From Candidatus Nanoarchaeia archaeon (lineage in GTDB: Archaea; Nanobdellota; Nanobdellia; CSSed11-243R1), in NCBI GenBank assembly GCA_028713895.1, contig JAQTNH010000001.1, forward strand, positions 758,610 to 822,609: a stretch of 64,000 nucleotides of DNA, written 5' to 3'. A model generated the notes under the pieces. The model ran no database searches, was not told where the DNA came from, and saw only the letters and a list, made by a program, of their open reading frames with translations. How positions within the stretch are numbered: the first letter of the stretch is position 1; the number at the start of each line of letters is the position of its first letter. Below, one piece after another: positions 1-9,075 of the stretch. The position numbers and the translations under genes were made by a program.

Positions 1-266
1 AACTTCTCGAAGTCGCTCATCTTTGCGGAGAAGCGCGGCTTTATTGCCCCGGCCATGTTTATTTGTCCGATAAGGCTGAGCTTAAGCAGCCCTCCGCGCC
101 CGTCATCAATGATTTCAAATTCCCCGATGTATCCTTCCTTGTTCATAACTGTGAGTATGTCCTTCAGGAGCTTTGACGCACCTTTCAGTATGCATTCCTG
201 TTCCCCTTTCTTTTCCGCATTTTTTATCTGTATGAGCTTTTCAGCGAGTATGTCTTTCATAGTCAT
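1..266 (-). CDS. rps8: 30S ribosomal protein S8 (uS8), N-terminal ~88 codons; gene continues beyond the left window edge
   Basis: Not in ORF track (no stop inside window). Own reverse-strand translation from ATG 266..264: [59 protein letters not shown]...; S8-like N-terminus; ATGA overlap with S14 stop; expected order L5-S14-S8. Confidence 0.8.
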   Translation of the reverse strand, partial: MTMKDILAEKLIQIKNAEKKGEQECILKGASKLLKDILTVMNKEGYIGEFEIIDDGRGGLLKLSLIGQINMAGAIKPRFSAKMSDFEK

Positions 267-502
267 ACCTCATGTCCGTATTTGTGGAATCCCAGTTCTG
301 CCGCCATTTCCCTGAAGCACTGCCTGCACAAGTGAAGCCCGTACTTGTTGATGTGGGCCTTGAACTTTCCGCATCGCAAACATTTCCTTGTTGCTATGCC
401 GCAGCTTCTCTTCTTTGGCTTGCTGTGCTTAATGAACTTCTTCCGCTTTGACGGCTTGTTTGCAATTTGCTTCAGCAATTTTTTGTAACTTTTTATGCTC
501 AC
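263..502 (-). CDS. rps14: 30S ribosomal protein S14 (uS14, zinc-ribbon type)
   Basis: 79-aa ORF; C-terminal CLRCG...CRQCFRE...GFHKYG tail typical of archaeal S14; sits between L5 and S8. Confidence 0.9.
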   Translation of the reverse strand: MSIKSYKKLLKQIANKPSKRKKFIKHSKPKKRSCGIATRKCLRCGKFKAHINKYGLHLCRQCFREMAAELGFHKYGHEV

Positions 503-511
503 TTTTTCACC

Positions 512-1060
512 TTAATAGTATGTTTTTACTGCCTTCTCGGACACATCGATTCCGAACTTGTTCTTGAAAAATTCCTGTGATTCCGGGATTGTTATCCTGT
601 GCGCCTTTCCTATTTTTGCGCTTCTGTACGCCTTCCGCTTTGTGCGGTATCCGCCCTTTCGCTTCAGTGTTATGCAGATATCGAGCCCCATTATCCCGAT
701 TGAAGGGTCGTAACGCACGCCTGGGATGTGTATGTATTCTGCCATTCCAAATGCAAGATTCCCTTCAGCATCAAAGTTCCTTGGCTTCACGCGGTTTTCA
801 ACTGCTGCGAACAGTTTTTTCAAAATCTCAACAGCTTCGCTGCCGCGAAGTATTGTCTTTACCCCGATTGTAAGGCCCGGGCGCACGCCCCATGAAGGTA
901 TCCTTTTCTTGGTGACTGTCTTTACCACTTTCTTTCCGGAGATTCTTTCAAGAAGCTTCTGCGCTTTCTCAAGCCTGTCTCCTGCTTCTCCAGTGCCAAT
1001 GTTAAGCGTAACTTTCTCGATTACAATTTCCTTCATTGGGTTGTTCATGTTGTCTACCAT
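512..1060 (-). CDS. rpl5: 50S ribosomal protein L5 (uL5)
   Basis: 182-aa ORF with ...VTLNIGTGEAG...GMAEYIHIPGVRYDPSIGIMGLDI...; cluster position. Confidence 0.9.
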   Translation of the reverse strand: MVDNMNNPMKEIVIEKVTLNIGTGEAGDRLEKAQKLLERISGKKVVKTVTKKRIPSWGVRPGLTIGVKTILRGSEAVEILKKLFAAVENRVKPRNFDAEGNLAFGMAEYIHIPGVRYDPSIGIMGLDICITLKRKGGYRTKRKAYRSAKIGKAHRITIPESQEFFKNKFGIDVSEKAVKTYY

Positions 1061-1061
1061 T

Positions 1062-1787
1062 TTATTCCTCTTTCAGCCTTATCTCAGAGTTTTCTTTTCC
1101 TATTACAAAAATATAATTCTTAAGTGTCTCAAATTTGTCCCCGTTCTCAGCAGTCAGGATTACCCTGTCCTGCTTTGAGCCTGGCTGCGGTTTGAACTCG
1201 TCAAGCACAGCTATTTCCCCGATGTGCTTTCCGTCTGTAATCATTACCTTTACGCCTTTTTCAAGCGCAATATGCTTCAGCACTTTCTGGTCTGGAAGCG
1301 ATATCTTCAATGTGTCCCCCGTTTTCATTGAACTGTCCTCTGTGATTATATTTCGTCCGTCGTGAAGGTTAAGCTGCAGCCTGCCGTTTGATATTTTTGT
1401 CTTGTCAAGTATCTTGCACAGCTTGAATTTTGCATTTTCATGCGGTATCCGTATAAGTTTTATTCTTCCGTCCATTCCGAAAAGTATCCTGAAGTTTTCG
1501 TTAAGCGGAGTTATTGAAATAACATCCATGAGCCCGACCGGCAGTCGCAGTTCCTTGCGAACTTTCTGGTCAACCAGCACTTTGTTGTCATTAAGTATCC
1601 TCTTTGCTTCGCGGCTTGAGTCAACCAGCTTCATCATGTCCCGCAACAGCACTGCGATAGGCAAACTGTTTTCTGCCTTGTGCGCGCCGGGCATTGTCTT
1701 AAGGAGATACACAGACTTCTTCCTGAGTATATGGTACTTCTTCGGCGCTGCAATCCTCTTCATGTGTGCTGTGTGCCTTGTTGTCAT
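1062..1787 (-). CDS. rps4e: 30S ribosomal protein S4e (eS4)
   Basis: 241-aa ORF, N-terminus ...HMKRIAAPKKYHILRKK...; position between L24 and L5. Confidence 0.9.
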   Translation of the reverse strand: MTTRHTAHMKRIAAPKKYHILRKKSVYLLKTMPGAHKAENSLPIAVLLRDMMKLVDSSREAKRILNDNKVLVDQKVRKELRLPVGLMDVISITPLNENFRILFGMDGRIKLIRIPHENAKFKLCKILDKTKISNGRLQLNLHDGRNIITEDSSMKTGDTLKISLPDQKVLKHIALEKGVKVMITDGKHIGEIAVLDEFKPQPGSKQDRVILTAENGDKFETLKNYIFVIGKENSEIRLKEE

Positions 1788-2197
1788 CAGTTTTCACCTT
1801 TTTTCGGTTTCTCTTTTGCTGTTTCCTTTGCTTTTGTTTTTCCCTCAAGCATTTCTTTTCGCAGCTTGTCCTTAAGGTCTAATTCGATGATTATGACATT
1901 TGAAGGATGAATCCCCAGCTTTGAAAATGTGCCGTCTGCTTTTGCCTTCTGGATTCCCTCAACATAAACTTTCTGCTTTTCAAGGTTTACCCGCTCTATC
2001 TTTCCGTCCTTTCCCCTGAACTTTCCGCGCACAATCTTTACAGTATCATCCTTCTTTACCCCGAAGCTCCTCTTCTGGTACTTTTCCCTTAGCGCTTTTG
2101 AAAGGTGCGCATGCATCGCTCTTTTGAGCACAGAGATATTTCTGCTGTAAATCTGTTTTCTCTGTTTTCGCGGTTTTGAACTTTTCATTTGTATCAC
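1787..2197 (-). CDS. rpl24: 50S ribosomal protein L24 (uL24)
   Basis: 136-aa ORF with KOW motif (VKKDDTVKIVRGKFRGKDGKI) and K/E-rich C-terminal tail; cluster position. Confidence 0.85.
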   Translation of the reverse strand: MIQMKSSKPRKQRKQIYSRNISVLKRAMHAHLSKALREKYQKRSFGVKKDDTVKIVRGKFRGKDGKIERVNLEKQKVYVEGIQKAKADGTFSKLGIHPSNVIIIELDLKDKLRKEMLEGKTKAKETAKEKPKKGEN

Positions 2198-2598
2198 GCC
2201 ACTATACTTGCTATTTTTGTCAGCATGTTGAATCTTTCAATTGCCTCGCGTGCAATCGGGCCCTTGATTACAGTGCCTTTTGCCTCGCCTTTCTTGATGT
2301 CTTTCATGACAATGACTGCGTTATCCTCGAACTTAACACGGACACCGCTTTTCCTGCGGTATTCCTTACGCTGCCTTATGACAACACACTGCACTTTCTG
2401 GTGCTTCATCTCGGTGTTTCCTGTCTTGACTGTGCAGGTTACCACATCGCCGACTCCGCAGCTTGGCTGTCTCTTTCGCAGCCCCTTGAACCCGCGCACC
2501 GAGATAATCATTGCATCCTTTGCGCCGGAGTTGTCAGCTACCTTGACGAATGTTCCTGTTGTCAGTCCCCTGGAAACCTTTGCCTTGAGCCCCTTCAT
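2194..2598 (-). CDS. rpl14: 50S ribosomal protein L14 (uL14)
   Basis: 134-aa ORF ...VADNSGAK...VVIRQRK...; cluster position. Confidence 0.9.
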   Translation of the reverse strand: MKGLKAKVSRGLTTGTFVKVADNSGAKDAMIISVRGFKGLRKRQPSCGVGDVVTCTVKTGNTEMKHQKVQCVVIRQRKEYRRKSGVRVKFEDNAVIVMKDIKKGEAKGTVIKGPIAREAIERFNMLTKIASIVA

Positions 2599-2945
2599 TC
2601 TTTTGCCTCAATCCTTTTTATTATCACGAATTTTTTTGCTTTTGAAATTGGCCTGCATTCCCCAATCATCACCATATCATCTTTCTTTATGTGAAGACAT
2701 TCAGGCGCATGAGCGAAAACCTTGCTTTTTCTCTTTTCAAAACGTTCATACTTTGGAACAAAGAACCTCCTGTCCCACTGTACGATTGCGGTTTTTCCCG
2801 CCTTGTTGCTCATTACTTTTCCTGCATAAGTTCTTCCGCGGATTCCAAGTGTTCCGTGGAACGGGCAGTTGACATCAGAACATTTCTCACTAGGAATCTC
2901 TATCCCCGGAATTCCGATGTTTCGTGCGTTTTCTTTTACTGCCAT
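2595..2945 (-). CDS. rps17: 30S ribosomal protein S17 (uS17)
   Basis: 116-aa ORF ...CPFHGTLGIRGRTYAGKV...; cluster position. Confidence 0.9.
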   Translation of the reverse strand: MAVKENARNIGIPGIEIPSEKCSDVNCPFHGTLGIRGRTYAGKVMSNKAGKTAIVQWDRRFFVPKYERFEKRKSKVFAHAPECLHIKKDDMVMIGECRPISKAKKFVIIKRIEAKE

Positions 2946-2949
2946 TTTT

Positions 2950-3243
2950 TCATACCCTCTTTTTTATCATCCTTTTTTGTATGCGTGATTCAGGCTTTCC
3001 AACCAGCAGATTCCCGTCCACAATGACTGTCCTGCTGTCCGGAAGTTTTAGCATGATTTTTGTGTTTTCCTTTGCTACTCTTTTTTCTCCAGCTTCGGTT
3101 TTTATTGTCAGCATGTTTCGCGTTTCATCAATAACAGTTCCCTTGATGCCGGCTTCACTTTTGTTTCGGGACTCAACAACTTCCGCTTCAAGCCCGATAA
3201 GCTCGTGCTTTGTTATGTTTGAAGGTTTTTGCATTGGCATCAT
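2950..3243 (-). CDS. rnp1: RNase P protein component 1 (Rpp29/Pop4 family)
   Basis: 97-aa ORF ...[36 protein letters not shown]...; family-like motif and conserved archaeal position between S17 and SUI1/L29. Confidence 0.8.
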   Translation of the reverse strand: MMPMQKPSNITKHELIGLEAEVVESRNKSEAGIKGTVIDETRNMLTIKTEAGEKRVAKENTKIMLKLPDSRTVIVDGNLLVGKPESRIQKRMIKKRV

Positions 3244-3545
3244 CTTACTTCAATCTGGCTTTCTGAAAATCCGTTGCGAATCAGGATGTCTTTTATTTTT
3301 CGCTTGTGGTCACCCTGCAGCTCAATTATGCTGTCCTTGATTGTTCCGCCGCATGCAAGTTCGGATTTGAGTTTTTTTGCCAGCTCTTTGATGTCGATGT
3401 CCTTTGCGTCAATCCCCTGGACTATTGTCGTAAGTTTGCCGTAACGCTTCTTTTCAGTGCCGATGCGGATTTTCTGCGCTTCTTTTGCTATTGTCTCGCA
3501 AACGCAAAGTTCAGGAGGCAATCCGCATTTTGGACAAACACTCAT
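3240..3545 (-). CDS. sui1: translation factor SUI1 / aIF1
   Basis: 101-aa ORF with N-terminal CPKCG..C.C knuckle and ...[11 protein letters not shown]...[18 protein letters not shown]... Confidence 0.85.
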   Translation of the reverse strand: MSVCPKCGLPPELCVCETIAKEAQKIRIGTEKKRYGKLTTIVQGIDAKDIDIKELAKKLKSELACGGTIKDSIIELQGDHKRKIKDILIRNGFSESQIEVR

Positions 3546-3754
3546 TTAGCCTGTTTCACCTCTTGTTCTTTTTTAATTGTGAGTATCTTCGCGATTGTTT
3601 TTCTGATCTGTCTCGCGCGCCCCGGCTTTTCAGGCGCTGTGCCCTGTGATATCTGCGTTTTGATTCTCATGAACTCTTTTTTGAGCTCGGCAATCTTTTT
3701 ATCCAATTCCTCTGATTTCATTTTACGCAATTCCTGGATGTGTAATATTGCCAT
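3542..3754 (-). CDS. rpl29: 50S ribosomal protein L29 (uL29)
   Basis: 70-aa ORF ...[25 protein letters not shown]...; cluster position. Confidence 0.85.
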   Translation of the reverse strand: MAILHIQELRKMKSEELDKKIAELKKEFMRIKTQISQGTAPEKPGRARQIRKTIAKILTIKKEQEVKQAK

Positions 3755-3756
3755 GA

Positions 3757-4650
3757 TTATGATTCCTTCTCTTCCCCAGCTTCGTCTTCAGTGAGCTCTT
3801 TTGCAGCTTCTTCTGTTTTGGCTTCAGCCAGCTCTTCCTTTTCCTCTTCGAGCTCCTCTTCAGCTTCGGCTATTTCCTCTGCGATTATCTCCTTTTGCTC
3901 TTCCTTCTCAGCTTTTGGAAGCTCTTTCTCCGCTTCTTCTATTTTCTTTTCTTCCGCGTCCTCTTTTGGTTTTATTGCTTTCTTCAGTTTCTCGTGCTCT
4001 TTTTTTGCCTCTTCCTTGCTGAGCTCCTCTGCAGTTATTGTCTTTTTTGGAAGCTCTTTAATATGAATCTGGTCAGGCATTTCAATTCCTGGCGGAAGTA
4101 TCTTTACTGTCACACCGATTATGCCCCTCTTCAGCTGGACAACTTTGTATCCCTTGTCAACGCATCTTATTGCCACATCCCCGCATTTTGGAAGGTAGCC
4201 TGCATAAAATCTCCATGCTTTTGCACGTGAACTTGGGACCAATCCCGCAATTCTTATTTCGCATCCAACCGCTCCGCATTGCATCATCTTTTCAATTGCC
4301 TTGTGTCCGATTGCCTTGAATCTTGCTGCCCCGAATTTCCTGAGCTGGTTGCCAATCTGCTCCGCAACTATCTTTGAATCCAGGTTCGGGTTTGAAACTT
4401 CCTGCACTTCTACGACAGGCGATTCGAGCTTGAATTCTTTCTGGAGCGTGTCCTGGATTTCCTTTATGTTGATTCCTTTTCTTCCGACAATCAAGCCGGG
4501 TTTTGATGAATATATCAAAATGCTGAATCCGACAGGTGTTTTTTGTATGTCAATGTGCGAAAATCCCACCCTGTCAAGGAAACCTGCAAGGTATTCTTTG
4601 ACGCTGTATTCCCTTAGCTTGTCCTTGATGAATTTTCGCTCAATTACCAT
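3757..4650 (-). CDS. rps3: 30S ribosomal protein S3 (uS3) with ~90-aa K/E/A-rich C-terminal extension
   Basis: 297-aa ORF; KH-domain region (...IQKTPVGFSILIYSSKPGLIVGRKG...) followed by low-complexity EEAKKEHEKLKK...EEELEEEKEE tail. Confidence 0.9.
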   Translation of the reverse strand: MVIERKFIKDKLREYSVKEYLAGFLDRVGFSHIDIQKTPVGFSILIYSSKPGLIVGRKGINIKEIQDTLQKEFKLESPVVEVQEVSNPNLDSKIVAEQIGNQLRKFGAARFKAIGHKAIEKMMQCGAVGCEIRIAGLVPSSRAKAWRFYAGYLPKCGDVAIRCVDKGYKVVQLKRGIIGVTVKILPPGIEMPDQIHIKELPKKTITAEELSKEEAKKEHEKLKKAIKPKEDAEEKKIEEAEKELPKAEKEEQKEIIAEEIAEAEEELEEEKEELAEAKTEEAAKELTEDEAGEEKES

Positions 4651-5195
4651 TATTTCTTCTTCTCCTCTTTTATTTCAGCAACTGTGATTGTGAGGTTTGT
4701 ATACCGTCCCTGGCGTCTGCGTGATATTGCACGGTTTGGGACTGCCGCCTTAATGTAAAGCTTGTCAGGGTCAAGGTTGAGGTACTGTGCGTTTGCAACA
4801 GCATTTCTTATTACTTCCTTGAAAACTTTCGCAACTTTTATCGGGTATTGTCCTGCGCCGAACCCTTCACCGCGCCTGTGCGGAATTTCCTTGTTGAACC
4901 TGTAATACCTTACCGGCTTTTTCATTGCAATGACTTCGTCCAGATAAGTGTATACCTTCTTTATAGGCTTTCCACGGACTGAACGTGCAACTTCAACCGA
5001 TGTTTTTGTTGAAATCGGCGCGTACTCAACATAACCTTTTGCTTCGGTAACAACCGGCTTCTTTATCTCGACCTTTTTCTTTTTTGGCGCTTCTTTTTTC
5101 TCTTCCGCGACTCCGGCTGCCTCTTCCTTTTTCTCTTTAGCTTTCTCTTCAAACATTTCCTTTGCTTTTTCCTGCCGTGCTTCGAGTTTATCCAT
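4650..5195 (-). CDS. rpl22: 50S ribosomal protein L22 (uL22) with K/E-rich N-terminal extension
   Basis: 181-aa ORF; ...AKGYVEYAPISTKTSVEVARSVRGKPIKK...; cluster position. Confidence 0.85.
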   Translation of the reverse strand: MDKLEARQEKAKEMFEEKAKEKKEEAAGVAEEKKEAPKKKKVEIKKPVVTEAKGYVEYAPISTKTSVEVARSVRGKPIKKVYTYLDEVIAMKKPVRYYRFNKEIPHRRGEGFGAGQYPIKVAKVFKEVIRNAVANAQYLNLDPDKLYIKAAVPNRAISRRRQGRYTNLTITVAEIKEEKKK

Positions 5196-5205
5196 TTTGT
5201 TACCT

Positions 5206-5619
5206 TTACTTGACTGCTACGAAGGCTGAACCTCTTGTAGCTCCGATACCTGGTGAGTGGTGCTGCACTCTCTTGCGGTTGTATGTGAACTCGCCGAGAT
5301 AGTGCCCGAGCATATCTGGCTTCATTTCAACTTTTACGAATTCTCTTCCATCATAAATTCCAAGCTGGAGCCCAATCATAAGCGGGATGACAACCATGTC
5401 TCTGCAGTGCGTCTTGACAATTTTTGGCTCCCTGCCCGCTTCAAGCTCTGCTTTTGCCCTCTTTAGGTTTCTGACGAATATCTTTTGCTGTTCAGTGAAA
5501 CCTTTTGTCAAGCTTCGTCTTGGCCTGGCTGGGATTATCTTCATGAAATCCTTTATTTCCATCCTCTTCAGGTCTTCAAATGCAAAACCTTTGTATTGGA
5601 ACTTTCTTAATTCAGCCAT
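5206..5619 (-). CDS. rps19: 30S ribosomal protein S19 (uS19)
   Basis: 137-aa ORF ...GIYDGREFVKVEMKPDMLGHYLGEFTYNRK... Confidence 0.9.
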   Translation of the reverse strand: MAELRKFQYKGFAFEDLKRMEIKDFMKIIPARPRRSLTKGFTEQQKIFVRNLKRAKAELEAGREPKIVKTHCRDMVVIPLMIGLQLGIYDGREFVKVEMKPDMLGHYLGEFTYNRKRVQHHSPGIGATRGSAFVAVK

Positions 5620-5629
5620 TTGGTTTCAC

Positions 5630-6364
5630 CTATTCTTTCTTTACTCTTCCTGTGCGTCGCGGCGCTATTGAACCAACCTTTCTTCCAGGCGGTGCATTTC
5701 TTGAGACGCTCTTGTTCTTTGAGTGCTGTGTTGAACGCCTCTTTCCGCCGTGCGGGTGGTTGATTGCGTTCATTGCCACTCCTGAAACATGCGGCCAGTA
5801 TTTTCCTGTCGCGCGTGTCATGAAATAATGCTTTCCTGCCTTGACAATCGGCATCTCTTTTCTTCCGAATCCCGCAACAACACCTATTGTTGCCCTGCAG
5901 TCCTCGTTAAATTTCTTGAACTCCTTGCTTGGCAGTTTGACTATGACTTTTCCGGATTCCTTGGTTACGATTCTTGCGCTTACTCCGCCTGCGCGGACAA
6001 GTTTTCCTCCGTCTCCAGGGGCGTTTTCTATGTTGTAAACAGAAGTTCCCGGCGCTATGCTTTTAAGCGGAAGGATGTTTCCGTCTTTTACAGGCGCTGT
6101 GAGCCCTGCGTATACAACATCACCTACTCTCATGCCATACGGCGCGGGGATTGTTGCTTTTGTGCCGTCTGCATACTTCACAATCATTGTAGGGGCAGAG
6201 CGTGCTGTTTCGTCTACGAAATCTACAATCTTCCCCTCAATTTTGTCTGTGCGTTCTTTATCATCAATAAATCTATACTGGGAAGGGTATGTGAAATGGA
6301 ACCCGTTGGAACTAAATACAAGCTTTGCCTTTCCTCTTCGCTGCGATCGCAATCTCTTTGGCAT
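5630..6364 (-). CDS. rpl2: 50S ribosomal protein L2 (uL2)
   Basis: 244-aa ORF ...GVAMNAINHPHGGKRR... Confidence 0.95.
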   Translation of the reverse strand: MPKRLRSQRRGKAKLVFSSNGFHFTYPSQYRFIDDKERTDKIEGKIVDFVDETARSAPTMIVKYADGTKATIPAPYGMRVGDVVYAGLTAPVKDGNILPLKSIAPGTSVYNIENAPGDGGKLVRAGGVSARIVTKESGKVIVKLPSKEFKKFNEDCRATIGVVAGFGRKEMPIVKAGKHYFMTRATGKYWPHVSGVAMNAINHPHGGKRRSTQHSKNKSVSRNAPPGRKVGSIAPRRTGRVKKE

Positions 6365-6377
6365 TTTTTCCCTCGTA

Positions 6378-6638
6378 TTACATTAATCCTAACTGTGTTG
6401 CAACATCAATTGCAGGCTGCTCTTTTGAAAGCTTTATGTACGCTTTTTTTGTTCCTTTTGTTGTGCGCACCATCCTTATTGCCTGAACTTTTGATTTGAA
6501 TTTTTCCTCAAATTCTTTCTGCACGCCTGTTTTTGTCGATTTTTCATTGACTATGAATGTGATTACGTTGTCTGACTCGATAAGGCGGATTGCCTTTTCA
6601 GTTGCAAGCGGGTAAAGCAGTTTTTCCATTTTAATCAC
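6378..6638 (-). CDS. rpl23: 50S ribosomal protein L23 (uL23)
   Basis: 86-aa ORF ...YPLATEKAIRLIESDNVITFIV...; cluster position. Confidence 0.85.
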   Translation of the reverse strand: MIKMEKLLYPLATEKAIRLIESDNVITFIVNEKSTKTGVQKEFEEKFKSKVQAIRMVRTTKGTKKAYIKLSKEQPAIDVATQLGLM

Positions 6639-7441
6639 ATGAACAATTTCTTTTCTTCCATTTCCTTAAGTGCTGCGTGTGTCCAGACCGTCAATCTGCC
6701 TGCCTGGGTTCCTGGCGCAAGGAGCTCTACATTAAGCTTCTTCACTTCAACAACATCAACGCCAGGTATGTTCTTTGCCGAGTCCAGCAGTTCGCTCCTT
6801 TTTGAAACAACAATCAGCGGGCCTGTTTTTTTCTTGTAGATGCGCCCTCTGGTTTTTCCTCTGCCTGCACGCACTTTCTTCTCTTTTGTACGCTCAAGCT
6901 CAGCTGAAAGCCCGAGAGCTTCAAGCACTTTTACAACTTCAGATGTTTTTGAAATTTTTTCGAAACTGTCTTGTATTATGATTGGAAGTTCTTTTATGTC
7001 TGCAATCTGGTGGTTGCGTGCCTCGACAATCTGCTTTATTGTTGTTGCTGCGAGCGCGCTCCTGATTGCCTTCTTTCTTTCCTTGTCATTTATTTTTTCA
7101 ACAATCACCTTGTTAATGCATGGAGGATGCGCTTCGCGTCCGCCTCTTGTCTGCGGTACGTTCGCCCCTACCCTGTTGAAGTGTGCTCCTGCATGTGACA
7201 TTGTCTTTGCAGGGCATCTTGCTGCTCCGCGCCCGTAGGTTGTGCGGTATTCGTGTCTTCGTTTTGATATGTATGCTGAGTGCCGGCTTCCTGCGCCAAT
7301 CTTTACACTGTGCGGCTGGAGCCTGTGTGTCTGCAAGGCAAGCACTGCCCTCTTGATAATGTCCGGGCGGTATTCTTCAGTGAACTGTCTTGGCAAGTTC
7401 GCCTTTCCTGTTGCAGTCCCGTTCAAGTCAAGTATGTTCAT
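6635..7441 (-). CDS. rpl4: 50S ribosomal protein L4 (uL4)
   Basis: 268-aa ORF; position between L3 and L23, 4-nt overlaps with both neighbours. Confidence 0.9.
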   Translation of the reverse strand: MNILDLNGTATGKANLPRQFTEEYRPDIIKRAVLALQTHRLQPHSVKIGAGSRHSAYISKRRHEYRTTYGRGAARCPAKTMSHAGAHFNRVGANVPQTRGGREAHPPCINKVIVEKINDKERKKAIRSALAATTIKQIVEARNHQIADIKELPIIIQDSFEKISKTSEVVKVLEALGLSAELERTKEKKVRAGRGKTRGRIYKKKTGPLIVVSKRSELLDSAKNIPGVDVVEVKKLNVELLAPGTQAGRLTVWTHAALKEMEEKKLFM

Positions 7442-8448
7442 TTGTTCACCTTGCTGACTGTTAATATTTCAGGAGCCTGAGTCGGCATGTGCCTGTGCGG
7501 CTTTACTGTCAATCGCATACGGATAAGCCTCTTTGCCGGGCCTGGAACTGAACCATGAATCATTATGTATTCGCCGGCAACGTTTCCATAGCTGAGGAAC
7601 CCTGCTTTTGGGTTCACATCTGCGCCATTATCACCAATTTTCAGAATCCATTTTTTGTAATCAACGCGATTGTGGAATCCCATCTGTCCGGGCATTGCAA
7701 CCTTGAAGCTTACTTTTCTTGGCACATCCGGGCCTATTGAAGCGACTCCTCTTCGTGTAGTGTCGCTTTTATATCTTGGCTGGCACTTTACACCGAATCT
7801 CTTTACCGGGCCCTGGAATCCTTTTCCTTTTGTTACTGCAATTATATCTACAAGCTCGCCTGCTTTGAGAACTTCTTTTGCAGAAACATCCTTTCCAAGG
7901 ACTGATTTTGCGAAATCAAATTTTTCTTTTGAGGTTTTTCCGCCGACTTTTATTTCAAAAATATCAGGTTTCTTTTTTCCGAAAATTCCTTCGGGCATTG
8001 TATAAACCGTAACTGTGACATCCTCTGTTTTTCCAAGGAGCGCTTCTGCCTTATTCAGCAGTTCTTCAACATTTTTCTTTTTCTTGGGCATTGTCAACCT
8101 GTTGCCAAGGTCTTTTGTTATTTTGTCAGTGTGAACTTCAAAGAGACAGACTTTTTGCCTGCGGTCATTTTTGCCGTAGAGCCTTATTGAATATATTTTT
8201 GTTTTAGGAACTTCAAGAATCGTGACAGGAACGCAAATGACTTCGCCTTTTGTTGGAGAATGAGGATGATTGTCAACATATGTGACGTGGGCCATGCCTG
8301 CTTTGTAGCCTGCAAACCCGAGCAAGCGTGCGGTGTCAGTGTTCATCCAGTTCTTAATGCGGGAAAACATCCTGCTAGCACGCACTCTAGGCGAAAATCC
8401 CTGACTTCCCTGACTCGGCGAATGCGCCTTACCAATCTGATGACCCAT
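7438..8448 (-). CDS. rpl3: 50S ribosomal protein L3 (uL3)
   Basis: 336-aa ORF ...GFAGYKAGMAHV...KGKGFQGPVKRFG...; first gene of the cluster, TTTAAAAAG TATA-like box ~45 nt upstream. Confidence 0.95.
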   Translation of the reverse strand: MGHQIGKAHSPSQGSQGFSPRVRASRMFSRIKNWMNTDTARLLGFAGYKAGMAHVTYVDNHPHSPTKGEVICVPVTILEVPKTKIYSIRLYGKNDRRQKVCLFEVHTDKITKDLGNRLTMPKKKKNVEELLNKAEALLGKTEDVTVTVYTMPEGIFGKKKPDIFEIKVGGKTSKEKFDFAKSVLGKDVSAKEVLKAGELVDIIAVTKGKGFQGPVKRFGVKCQPRYKSDTTRRGVASIGPDVPRKVSFKVAMPGQMGFHNRVDYKKWILKIGDNGADVNPKAGFLSYGNVAGEYIMIHGSVPGPAKRLIRMRLTVKPHRHMPTQAPEILTVSKVNK

Positions 8449-8653
8449 TTTTCACGCCTTTGAATATACTTTCCACAAATTTTCGGCTTTTTAAAGCTTA
8501 TCCCCTTCATTTTGGGTTCTAAGCTAAAGAGAATCCGGCATTACGCTGTTCATTTGACATTTAACTATCGGTTGTAACGGCAACCAGTTATCTGTCGTTA
8601 TCAGGCTAAGAAAAATTAAAGTTTAACCCTATTTAAAGGTTGCGGGCTCAGCA

Positions 8654-9070
8654 ATGTTTATATACACTTTAACATTTGTAGCGCTTGGCGGGGTTCTGGG
8701 ATATAAAATGATAAATCCAACTGATGTTTTGGAAGCGGGATACAGCATGGCAAAGCCAGCAGATTTGTGCTATTTAGCAGACAGGACTGTTGATTACGTG
8801 CGCAACATTGATTTGGGCAGCATCCTTGATAATATGAGGAATGATACTGTGCAAGAAGAAGCAGATAAACTGCTTGATGATGTATGTTCATTAACCTGCT
8901 GTTGTGTATCCAGCGTGGTTGTTGGAGTGGGTGTGTTAATACTTGCATACCAGTTCCTTAGGTATATGACGGATGATCATGAACTAGACGTTAAGGTTAC
9001 TTATAAACCCCAAGACAATAACGGGGAGAAAAAGAAATACAAATCTAATAAGCCCAAATGTAAAAAATGA
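8654..9070 (+). CDS. hypothetical membrane protein
   Basis: 138-aa ORF with two hydrophobic segments (FIYTLTFVALGGVLGY; VVVGVGVLILAYQFL) and a lysine-rich tail; no family recognised. Confidence 0.4.
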   Translation: MFIYTLTFVALGGVLGYKMINPTDVLEAGYSMAKPADLCYLADRTVDYVRNIDLGSILDNMRNDTVQEEADKLLDDVCSLTCCCVSSVVVGVGVLILAYQFLRYMTDDHELDVKVTYKPQDNNGEKKKYKSNKPKCKK

Positions 9071-9075
9071 ATTCT

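Noticed and set aside
55-8463. Numerous + strand ORFs (60-236 aa) antisense to the ribosomal protein cluster
   Set aside because: They overlap strongly supported minus-strand ribosomal genes, have low-complexity or Cys/Ser/Phe-rich composition typical of antisense frames, and match no family.
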